Below, in pieces: positions 30,342 to 39,177 of a stretch of 64,000 nt of DNA. This DNA is from an uncultured delta proteobacterium (GTDB taxonomy: Bacteria > Myxococcota_A > Polyangia > Haliangiales > Haliangiaceae), in assembly GCA_963848295.1 (NCBI GenBank), contig CAWKDB010000010.1, forward strand, positions 992,001 through 1,056,000. The letters run 5' to 3'. Each line of letters starts with the position of its first letter. Position 1 is the stretch's first letter. Under the pieces are notes generated by a model. The model had not been told where the DNA came from. It ran no database searches and saw only the letters and a program-made list of their open reading frames with translations. Both the position numbers and the translations under genes were made by a program.

Positions 30342-32081
30342 TCAGTTACCGCCGCTCGGGTCGCTGCGACGTGGCCGGCCCTTGCGCGGCCGCGGCATGT
30401 CGAATTGCTCGAGCCGGTTGATCAGAGTCCGGCGCGAAACGCCGAGGAGGGTCGCGGCCTGGCCTTGGTTGCCGCCGGCGCGCTCGAGCGCGTCGAGGAC
30501 TCGAGCGCGTTCATCGACGGCCGTGAGCTCGCCGCGGCTGCGCGGCGGTTGCTCGCTGCTGGCCGCGACCCGCACGTACGTGCCTCGCATCTTTTCGACG
30601 GGAAGGTGCTGGGCCAAGATCGGGCCGTCTCCCGACAGGACTACGGCGCGCTCCATGACGTTGCGGAGCTCGCGGATGTTGCCGGGCCAGCTATAGCCAC
30701 GCAGCAGCGCCAGCGCATCGCTCGTGATCTCCTTCGGTGTGCTGGACGCCCGAGCCGCGGCGCGCGTGGCAAATCGCCGACTGAGTGCGTCGATCTCGCA
30801 CGGCCGCTCGCGCAGCGGCGGAACTACGAGCGTGGCCGCGCTCAAGCGGAAATATAGGTCCTCGCGAAACGTACCCCGGGCGATCGCATCCTCGAGATCG
30901 AGGTTCGTCGCGGCGACGAAGCGAACGCCGGTCTGGAGTGGCTTGAGCCCGCCGACGCGACGCACCTCACCGTCCTCGATGACCCGCAACAGCTTCGCCT
31001 GAAGCGCGAGCGACATCTCGCCGATCTCGTCGAGGAACACGGTTCCTCCGGCGGCGGACTCGAGCAGGCCGGACTTGACTGCGTGGGCCCCGGTGAACGC
31101 GCCGCGCTCGTGACCGAACAGCTCGCTCTCGAGCAGGTTCTCGTTAAGTGCGGCGCAGTTGATCGCGACAAACGGCTTGTCCACGCGCGGCGAAAAGTCG
31201 TGAACCGCACGCGACAGCCTCTCCTTGCCGACGCCGGTCTCACCGAGGATCAAGACCGGCAGATCGGAAGCGGCGATCCGTCGCGCGAGCGCGTACAGAT
31301 CGCGCATGGACTGCTCTGCGATCACGAGGTCATCGCGATCGCTCTCGTCGGTGGTACCGGCGATGGTCGTCATGAGCGCATAGGCGCTCCGGCCGTCGGT
31401 CGGAAAGTGTGCGATGACGTACGAGGCGGTGCCGATGGTCTCCAGCGACGCGACGAGACGCCGCGCGACCAACTCCGCGTGCTCGCGCGGCGTATCGAGT
31501 AGCAGCAGCTCGTGGACGTGCTCGCCGAATTTCGCGATGACGTCCGATTGTCGCAGCGTGGCCAGCAGTGCTTCCACGATCGCGTTGTCCTCCGCACCCG
31601 GCGGCATGCGGACCCCGATCACGGCGAACTGGATGTTGTTGCGGCCCGCGCGGGCACACTCTTCCTCGACGCGGCCCTGAAAGTAGTCGTGTGTGGTGAC
31701 GCGATTCGTCAGTGCCGGCGCGAAGCGCGCTTGGATGATCAACGTCAGCGAGCCGACGGTAACCAATTCGTTGACCTCGAGCTCGAGCGGTTGATGCGGT
31801 GGAATCGCGATGTCTCGGACGGTCGTGCCATTCGAGCTGCCGACGTCTTCGATCGCGATCGTGCGCCCGACGTGCAGCACGGCGTGGCTTCGCGAGATCG
31901 ACTCGTGGTCGATATGGATCGCGTTATCGAGATCACGCCCTATCGTGACACTACCTGATTCGGGCAACGCATGAGTTGCGACAATCTCTGTATCGGCCAT
32001 AACGACGAGGCGGAATCGTCCTCCGACTCGCTGTCTGACCAGGGAGATGGGCACAGTAACTCTGTCCGGACGGCGACCCAC
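30342..32081 (-). CDS. Sigma54-dependent activator: FHA, degenerate GGDEF-like region, AAA+, HTH
   Basis: IGR...SISRSHA...GSSNGT; GETGVGKE; GAFTGA; WPGNIREL. Paralogue of 22975..24681. Confidence 0.93.
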   Translation of the reverse strand: MGRRPDRVTVPISLVRQRVGGRFRLVVMADTEIVATHALPESGSVTIGRDLDNAIHIDHESISRSHAVLHVGRTIAIEDVGSSNGTTVRDIAIPPHQPLELEVNELVTVGSLTLIIQARFAPALTNRVTTHDYFQGRVEEECARAGRNNIQFAVIGVRMPPGAEDNAIVEALLATLRQSDVIAKFGEHVHELLLLDTPREHAELVARRLVASLETIGTASYVIAHFPTDGRSAYALMTTIAGTTDESDRDDLVIAEQSMRDLYALARRIAASDLPVLILGETGVGKERLSRAVHDFSPRVDKPFVAINCAALNENLLESELFGHERGAFTGAHAVKSGLLESAAGGTVFLDEIGEMSLALQAKLLRVIEDGEVRRVGGLKPLQTGVRFVAATNLDLEDAIARGTFREDLYFRLSAATLVVPPLRERPCEIDALSRRFATRAAARASSTPKEITSDALALLRGYSWPGNIRELRNVMERAVVLSGDGPILAQHLPVEKMRGTYVRVAASSEQPPRSRGELTAVDERARVLDALERAGGNQGQAATLLGVSRRTLINRLEQFDMPRPRKGRPRRSDPSGGN

Positions 32082-32110
32082 GGGCCTCAAGGTATCACGC
32101 GCATGTCGAA

Positions 32111-33374
32111 TCAGAGCGCCGATAGGAACGCGACGAGATCCGATTCCTCGGAGGCCGTGAAGCTAAAGCCGAACGTCTCGTAGAAACGCACGACATCGAG
32201 CAGGGTCTGCGCGGATCCGTTGTGGAAGTACGGGGCTCGTGCCGCGAGGCCGCGGAGCGATGGCACCTTGAACTTGCTCATGTCCTTCCACAGGCCGGTG
32301 ATGAGTGCGCGACCCGGATCCGTCGTTTGCACCGTCTCGCTGGTAGCGATGTTCTGGAACGTGTAGAGCGGCAAGTCCGGAGTCCGCACGTCGGCATCAC
32401 TCTGGCCGATCGAGAAGAACGAGCCCTTGAAGCTCGTGCCCGAGTTCTGCGTGCTGTGGCAGCCGCTGCACGGGCCGCCGCCGGTAGTGCGTTCCCGCGT
32501 GTTGAACAGCTCCTGGCCCCGGTAGACGGCCTGCCGGTTCGGGTCCGGACTGGTCTGCCAGGCGTCGAACAGATCAAACGGGGCGGCGACGAGCGCCTGG
32601 CTCGCGATCGCCTCGGCACCGCCGTTCGCGCCACCCTTGTCGAGGAGGCCGCCGCGCCAGACGAACATCTGAGCGTTGAACAGTCCGGTCTCGAACCCGA
32701 CGACCGATGCGTCGACGTCATCGGACAGCGGCTGGGTCGCCTGTGCGTGCCCCAGCGTCGCACCGTCTGCCTGGGCGCCGAGCGCGTCATCCACGGTGGC
32801 GCCTGTGACCCGGCCGTCCCACATGACGGTCGAGATCAGCGCGAGGTTCGCCGCGGGCAGCGGGCGACGGAACAATGACAGCTCGTTCGCCGACGCGTAG
32901 CCGTACGGATCATCGACCGCGATGAGGTCGAACTCCGCGCCGGCCGGTACGCCGATGCCGACTGCGGATCGTTCCGCGGTTCAGCAGCATGTTGTACGCC
33001 GCGCGACGAGCCCTTACCGTCGAGACATCGTCGTTCGGGTTATTCGTACCGTCGACGGGCCGGAAGATCGGATCGAGGCCGGCCGTGAGGTCGAAGCGGA
33101 GACGAACGCTCTCCGCCGACACCGTCCAACCGTCGGTCGGCGTGTGGCAATGACCGCAGGTACGACCGTTGGTCCCGAAGCTCTGGAAGAACTCGTTCCC
33201 GAGGTCGATGGAGCCGGCGGTACTCCAGGTCGTGGACGCGCCGAGCCCGTCGAGGAAGGGCAGGTTGTTCGGGATGCCGTCGTGATGGGTGATGGACTCC
33301 TGCGCCTCCGTGCTGACGGCGTCGGTCGTACACGCAGTGACAAAGAATGTCGCGAACAGCCAGTGGTACTTCAC
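32111..33374 (-). CDS. Di-heme cytochrome c peroxidase/MauG-family lipoprotein; frameshifted at about 32963
   Basis: Lipobox VTAC; CGHCH and CSGCH; MWDGR; FKVPSLRGLAARAPYFHNGS; SD AAGGAGG. Removing one base at 32963 gives ...GTIRVGIGVPAGAEFDLIAVDDPY.... Confidence 0.85.
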
Positions 33375-33607
33375 CGCATCCTCCTTGGTTGGAGACCCAA
33401 CACACACCCCAGCCACCCCCCGGTCCGTCGTTTCGAGTGCTCGAAGCGGGCCATTCAGTGCGGTAGTCGTTCTAGTCGCTTACAATGTGCTTTCACCCAG
33501 AAATGCACTTAGCTTGTGCAACGAGTTGTGCAATTCATTCGAGCTTACACAATCGGCTTTTATTCTCGTTAGATCACGTACTCTTCTCGCGCGCGCAGAT
33601 CACAGGA

Positions 33608-33976
33608 TCAGTTCGCGAGAAAACCGTGAGGCTCGATCCAGCTCGCGAGCGCGGTGCCGTCGCCATACGGCTGCAGACCGGACATGTCGGTGCGATAGAG
33701 CAGGCAATGCAGGATGACGGCGGCCTCGTACGGGCGGATCGTGCTCCCGGGCATCTGCCGCATGCGTTCGATGGTGGCGCTCCATTCGTCGCGGCTCTTG
33801 CGCGCGTCGAGGAACCGATCGCGATCGTGACACGCCGTGCACCGCCGCTCGGTCAGCGAACACGCGTCGCGGATCTCCGGCGGCGCACTCGGCGTGTACA
33901 TCGGCGCGGGTGCCTGGCACGCGACGAGCGCGATCCAGGTACCCACGAGCACGTAGCGTGGTGACAACAACGACAT
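33608..33976 (-). CDS. Monoheme cytochrome c lipoprotein
   Basis: Lipobox LVAC; CTACH; WSATIERMRQM. Confidence 0.8.
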   Translation of the reverse strand: MSLLSPRYVLVGTWIALVACQAPAPMYTPSAPPEIRDACSLTERRCTACHDRDRFLDARKSRDEWSATIERMRQMPGSTIRPYEAAVILHCLLYRTDMSGLQPYGDGTALASWIEPHGFLAN

Positions 33977-33985
33977 CTGATCTAC

Positions 33986-34444
33986 CTAGTTGTCCAGGGC
34001 GCCCTCGGCGATCCAGTCGCGGACGAGCTGAAGCTGCGGGGCCGAGAAATACGGCGGACCGTTGAACGGCATCCGCGAGCCGAACGGTGGCGTCCTGCTG
34101 AGCTTCTGCTCCAGGATGCTGTCGCACGGCCGCGCCGGGATGATGATGTTCGTTCCCGAGTTCACGCCGCCGCGCCGCATCGAGTCGTACGAGCTGAGGT
34201 CGAGCCCGGAGGTCACACGGCCGAGATGGCACGGCGTACAGCCACCCGGCGATTGCAACATCAGCGGGCGGATGTCTGCGGAGAACGAGATCATGACGGC
34301 GGGATTGCTGTCGGTGTTGGTGCACCCGACCGCCTCTTCGTTCTCGGGCTGGGCGTCCACCGGCGCCGCCAGGATCCGGCCGACGTCCGGATCATAGTCG
34401 AGCGTACAGCTCGCCAACACGAGGAGGAGCAAGACTGACTTCAT
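33986..34444 (-). CDS. Monoheme cytochrome c lipoprotein (planctomycete-cytochrome-like)
   Basis: Lipobox LASC; SFSADIRPL...CTPCH...GLDLSSY...RMP...WIAEGA. Confidence 0.85.
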   Translation of the reverse strand: MKSVLLLLVLASCTLDYDPDVGRILAAPVDAQPENEEAVGCTNTDSNPAVMISFSADIRPLMLQSPGGCTPCHLGRVTSGLDLSSYDSMRRGGVNSGTNIIIPARPCDSILEQKLSRTPPFGSRMPFNGPPYFSAPQLQLVRDWIAEGALDN

Positions 34445-35485
34445 GGCGACCCATCCGCGAACTGCAGCTGCAGGTTGTTGGTCGTCGTGTCGACCGTGTA
34501 GCTCGCGACATTGTCGACGTAGTAGCCGGTGATCGCGCCGCCAGAGCTCCGCTTGAATAGGTCGCTGTCGCTCGTGATCGCGCTCGGTGCGATGCCGTCC
34601 GCGAGCCGCACCGTCACGTCGGTCGCGAGCGGCGAGTAGCTCGGGGTCGTGGCCGGAGGCGTTGTCGGGATCGCGTACTGGAACACGAGCTCCGGATCGG
34701 TCGCCGTCGACAGGAGTGGCGGACTTCCGGTCGCGACGCCGGATTGCAGGCCCGAGGCTTGGCCGACCGGCACCATTCCGTTCTTCAACGGCTGGCGCCC
34801 GAGACTGGTGCCGAGCTCGAAGACGTCGACGAGATAGCCGAGCCCATAGACCTGCTGCGTCGGCAACGCCGGATACATGGCAGGATCACCGACCTCGAGC
34901 GTCGTGCCCGGCAGCACGACCGGCATGTTCACCCACGTCCCATCGGGAACCGGATCCCCGACGAGCCCGAGATCGATGGCATCGGACAGCGCCGCCGTCG
35001 TGGTGATTAATTCGCCGGCGTACTTGTCGGTCACCGGCACGTCGGTCACACGCCGGATCGGGCTGTAGCGAACATCGCCGCAGATCGTATCGATGAGTGG
35101 CGGATGAGTTGGCAGCGGTGTGAAGACGCCGGACGTGTCGAGCGTACCGAACACATACAGAGGCGCCAGGACCGCGATCGTCCCCTCCATCGGGGACGGG
35201 ACCGAAGCTCCAGTACTCCACCGTCGCGCCGCCGGACTTGCCGAGCGTGCGCGTGACGACGCCGCCGCTGGTCATCAGCGCGGCATCGTTCAAGCCGTCG
35301 TTGATCTGGATCTGGATCAGCAACTCCGAGTTCTCCGAGATGCTCGGCACCACCGTCCCGGGTGGCAGGATGTTCGTCGATGCCAGTGCGTCGGAGCTAG
35401 CATCTGCAGGAGTGTCCGAAACGAGTGGGTGGAGGTGGCAGCCTGCGAGGGAGACGACGACGACGAAATACTTGGTAATCATCAT
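34441..35485 (-). CDS. Lipoprotein with duplicated YSP motif (DUF7482-like); frameshifted at 35192-35195
   Basis: Lipobox LAGC. Removing one base from the G4 run joins VEYWSFGPVP to MEGTIAVLAP. Motifs YSPIRRVTDV, VNMPVV, YSPLATDVTV. Confidence 0.75.
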
Positions 35486-35496
35486 GACTGTTCTCC

Positions 35497-36867
35497 TCAG
35501 AAAGGACCTGCGAGCCCGACGTGGATGACGTCTTCGTCCTGGAAGTCCGAGAAGTCGTAGCGTTCGTAGCTAAGCTTGATGCGAATCGACCGCGCGACCG
35601 CGATCGCCAGCGCGACGGTGTGGCGGACGACCTCGCTGTCCGATCGCAAGGGGCTACTCTGGATGACGTTGCCGCGGCGTCTCATCCCATCCTCGCGCCA
35701 CACGACCGTTACCCGCGAGGTGATCGGAGCCTCGACCTCGACGTAGCCGCCGTCCTTGACGAACCACGGGTCGTAGACGCCGTCCTTGCCGGGGCCGTAC
35801 TTGAACTCGCTGGCCGGGTCGTCTCCCATGTCCATCTTGGTGCGGCGATTCAGGTACTCCGCTCGGAGGAACACGTCCTTGATTCGCAGCACGAAGTGCC
35901 CGCCGTAGATCCGGAATGGGAGCTCGTGGTCGGGATCGTAGGTGCCGCCCATGCCGGAGACACCTACGGTCGCACTTACCTTGCCGGAGGTGTAACTGGC
36001 GACGAGCTGACCTCCGAGCACCGGACGAGAGTTGTTATCTATGTAATAGCTGTCACCAGATCTGGACAGCTTGAAGTCGAAATCAACAGGATCGGATGCC
36101 GCGCGCGGGCCGCCCATCGCATATACCGCGTACGACGTCTGCACGTGGTCACCGAAATAGTGAGTGCCGTTGATCTCGATCCCGTTGTCGACCCACGGCG
36201 CCGGCAGGACGCCCTCATTCCATTCGGTCATCCGCACCATGCGCCCCATGTCGTAGATCAGCGGGGCGTCGCTCGTGCGGTGGTTCGCGGGATCGTGACG
36301 CAATGGGTAGTCACCGAACGCCGGGGTGAACCGACCAACGCGAACGTCGAGTTCGTCGACCGCGCGCACATCGAAGTAGGCCATGCCGGTTTCGAACCCA
36401 TGGCACGCGTAGCAGACCTTCACACTCGCGCTGACGTGGCTGTTGAAGTCCATCGCGAGCTTTAGCGACACCTCGGTCGTTGCACCGTCGAGCGCGACGT
36501 CCCGACCCGTCTTCTCCGTCGGGATCGCCATGTAATCGAGCTGGATCGAGCCAGCGAAGTTGCGTTGAAAGCCGATTGCTTCCGCGGCACCGGTTTGTCT
36601 GGCCGCGGCGGCGGCGCCGCCGGCGCTGTCTGATCGGTCGGCGGAGCAGGCAGGGGCGGCGGTGCTGGATTCGCCGGCTGCGATCGATCAGCCGGTGGTG
36701 CTTGGTCCGGCGGCGTAGTTGGATTCGGCGGTGCGTCCGGCGTTGGTGTCGCTGCGGGGATAGCGTTGCTGCTGCGGCGCCGGCACGGGAGCGGGCTGCG
36801 CGAGCGCAGCGGACAGCACGACCAGTTCGGCGACGCTTGCAAACAAAGCAAAGCGAAAGATCCTCAT
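35497..36867 (-). CDS. Predicted outer-membrane beta-barrel with a CxxCH motif; N-terminal region interrupted
   Basis: Signal peptide MRIFRF...AALA, Pro-rich linker, amphipathic strands (GSIQLDY, VRVGRFTPAFG, FLRAEY), C-terminal Phe. CYACH at 36400-36414. ATG 36867 is in frame with the 36531 ORF but interrupted by a stop at 36688. Confidence 0.78.
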
Positions 36868-37006
36868 CGTACCCCCGATAGTGTCGTAACACGCTGCGCG
36901 TGATAGTCGGTACTCCACATTTGAGTCTCATCGTCGAATTCGTTCTCTCGCGTTAACTCACGTACTCGCGCTCACGCTCAAGCTTCCAACGTCCGACATG
37001 TCGTGA

Positions 37007-39055
37007 GTGCTTTGCGAGAACGTTGTGTCGAGCGCCGTCGAGCGCGCGCTATACTCGTCGAACAAATGGTGGGTACTTCTAGCGCAGAAGACTGATCCGC
37101 TCGTCGGATCGAAATTGGGCAAGGACTACCTAGTCCTCGAGCGAATCGGCGTAGGCGGCATGGCGGTCGTCTATCTCGTCGAGCATCAGACCCTGCTCAA
37201 GCAGTTCGCTGCGAAGGTGCTCTCGAGTCAGCACGCGTCGAGCGCCGAAGCACGCGCGCGCTTCACACAAGAGGCGCACGCTGCATCGCAGCTCGATCAC
37301 GAGAACATCGTCACGATCTCCGACTTCGGGCTCACGACGGATAGTCGACCGTACTTCGTGATGGAGCTCCTGCGCGGCAAGACGCTCGCCGATCGTCTCG
37401 ACGAAGGCCCGATGACCCTCGAAGAGGTCGTCGCGGTGAGCGTGCCAGTCGCGCGTGCACTCGCGCATGCGCACGCGGAAGGGATCATCCATCGCGACGT
37501 CAAGCCCGAGAACATCTTCCTCGTCCAGCGCAGCCAAGGACGCTGGGGCGTGAAGGTCCTCGACTTCGGCATCGCAAAGGTGTCGCTCAGCAACGACCGC
37601 ATGACGAAGACCGGCGAAGCGCTCGGCAGTCCGATGTTCATGTCGCCCGAAGCATGTCGCGGTGATGAGGTCGACCAACGCGCCGACGTCTATTCGTTCG
37701 GCATCGTCCTCTACTTGATGCTCGCGGGACGCGTGCCGTTCTCCGACGAGAATCTTCTGAAGGTTCTCCAAATGCAGGTCATGGCGCCCCTGCCGCTTCC
37801 GACCTCGTTCAACCCCGACCTTCCGGCCGAGCTCGAGCACGTCCTCATTCGCGCCCTGTTCAAGGATCCGAACGACCGTTACGCGACGATGGAAGAATTC
37901 CTGTTCACTCTCGAGGCCGCGCTGCCCGATGGCGCGGACGCGTTGTTGATCCAGGGCCAGTTCGGCACGCACACCACGCCGTTCCCCGGCACGCTCGAGC
38001 GTCTTCGCAACGCGCGCGCGTCGTCGAAGCCGCCGTTCGGCGCGACCGGCGAGCACGAGATTTCGCCGGCGTCCTCGCAAACCGCGGTGCGGGCCACGTC
38101 GCTGCCGCTCGCGCCGGCCAAGAAACGCGGGCGCGCAGCGCTCGTCGTGGGAGCGCTGGTCACGCTCGGCGCGGCCGGCGCAGCGGCGTATGTCTGGCAG
38201 AGCTCGACGACAGAAACGACCGCTGCCGACAAGCGAGTGGCCGCCCCGGTTCCGACTCCGTCACGGGTGGCGACGGCGGCGGTCACCGATCAGCCTGCGC
38301 GGGTCGAGCTCCCGCCGGTCGATCCGCCGGCCCCGGTCAAGACGGCCCCGGTCGAGACGGCCCCGACCGAGACGCCCGCCCCGACCGAGACGGCCCCGCC
38401 GGCGGCCGCGATCGCGACGAGCTCCGTGAGGGACACGAAGGCTTCGAAGACCAGGCATCCAGCGCCCGCACGACGAGGTACTCGCGCCTCGGTGACCACC
38501 AGGTCTACCGCCACCAAGTCGCGGCCCGCACCGTCGACGACACCGGCCGTGGCCGCCATAGCAGAGCCCGAGCCGGATCCAGAAACGCCGGCCGTTGTCG
38601 CGACGACGCCGCCGAAGGTCGAGACACCCGCGCCGACGGTTCGCGGCGTGCCCGCGCCCCCGACGCCACCGCCCGCCCCGAGACCAGCCCCGGTATTGAA
38701 GCCGGCCCCGGTTGTTGTCGGATCGATGGACGCGATGCCGGCGATCGCCACCCTCGATGTCAACGGGCCTCTCCCGGCGTCGGTCGTGCGGCGTGGCGTC
38801 GAGCGCGTGCTCCCTGCCCTGCGCGCGTGCTACCGCACCGCCGCGGCCGCGCAGAAGAAGACGCCTGCGCTCAACGTGTCGCTAACCTTCGAGGTCGACG
38901 AGAACAGCGCCGCCACGAACGTGGCCGGCGCCGGTACGAAATTCGGTTCGCTTTCATCCTGCACGAGGAGCGCGATCGGGGAGATCCAGACGCAACAGGC
39001 GCCCGATGTCGGCATCGCGCAAGTCGGTCTCACGATCCGGTTCACGCCGATCTGA
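37007..39055 (+). CDS. Membrane Ser/Thr kinase with Pro-rich linker and C-terminal AgmX/TonB-C-like domain
   Basis: GGMAVVY, HRDVKPEN, DFG; TM ALVVGALVTLG; ALRACYR...LSSCTRSAI. Start uncertain. Confidence 0.9.
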   Translation: MLCENVVSSAVERALYSSNKWWVLLAQKTDPLVGSKLGKDYLVLERIGVGGMAVVYLVEHQTLLKQFAAKVLSSQHASSAEARARFTQEAHAASQLDHENIVTISDFGLTTDSRPYFVMELLRGKTLADRLDEGPMTLEEVVAVSVPVARALAHAHAEGIIHRDVKPENIFLVQRSQGRWGVKVLDFGIAKVSLSNDRMTKTGEALGSPMFMSPEACRGDEVDQRADVYSFGIVLYLMLAGRVPFSDENLLKVLQMQVMAPLPLPTSFNPDLPAELEHVLIRALFKDPNDRYATMEEFLFTLEAALPDGADALLIQGQFGTHTTPFPGTLERLRNARASSKPPFGATGEHEISPASSQTAVRATSLPLAPAKKRGRAALVVGALVTLGAAGAAAYVWQSSTTETTAADKRVAAPVPTPSRVATAAVTDQPARVELPPVDPPAPVKTAPVETAPTETPAPTETAPPAAAIATSSVRDTKASKTRHPAPARRGTRASVTTRSTATKSRPAPSTTPAVAAIAEPEPDPETPAVVATTPPKVETPAPTVRGVPAPPTPPPAPRPAPVLKPAPVVVGSMDAMPAIATLDVNGPLPASVVRRGVERVLPALRACYRTAAAAQKKTPALNVSLTFEVDENSAATNVAGAGTKFGSLSSCTRSAIGEIQTQQAPDVGIAQVGLTIRFTPI

Positions 39056-39177
39056 GGTCGACCGTGGGCGAGTCGACAGCGTGACTCGAGTCGTGAGGGC
39101 GGAAGGACTCGAACATTCCGCCCGGCTCGGGCGTTGGGTTTCTTGCCGTGGTGGGCCTCGCGCACGACAATCGGCCG

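Noticed and set aside
35497..36867. Calling the barrel Cyc2 or an iron oxidase
   Set aside because: It lacks the N-terminal FARQ...CxxCH domain and the motif position differs; function cannot be assigned from sequence.
38330..38400. Short tandem repeats (gagacggccccg)
   Set aside because: They encode the low-complexity ETAP linker of the kinase and are not an independent element.
39090..39125. Complete tRNA gene
   Set aside because: No D arm or anticodon arm; only a T-loop hairpin.
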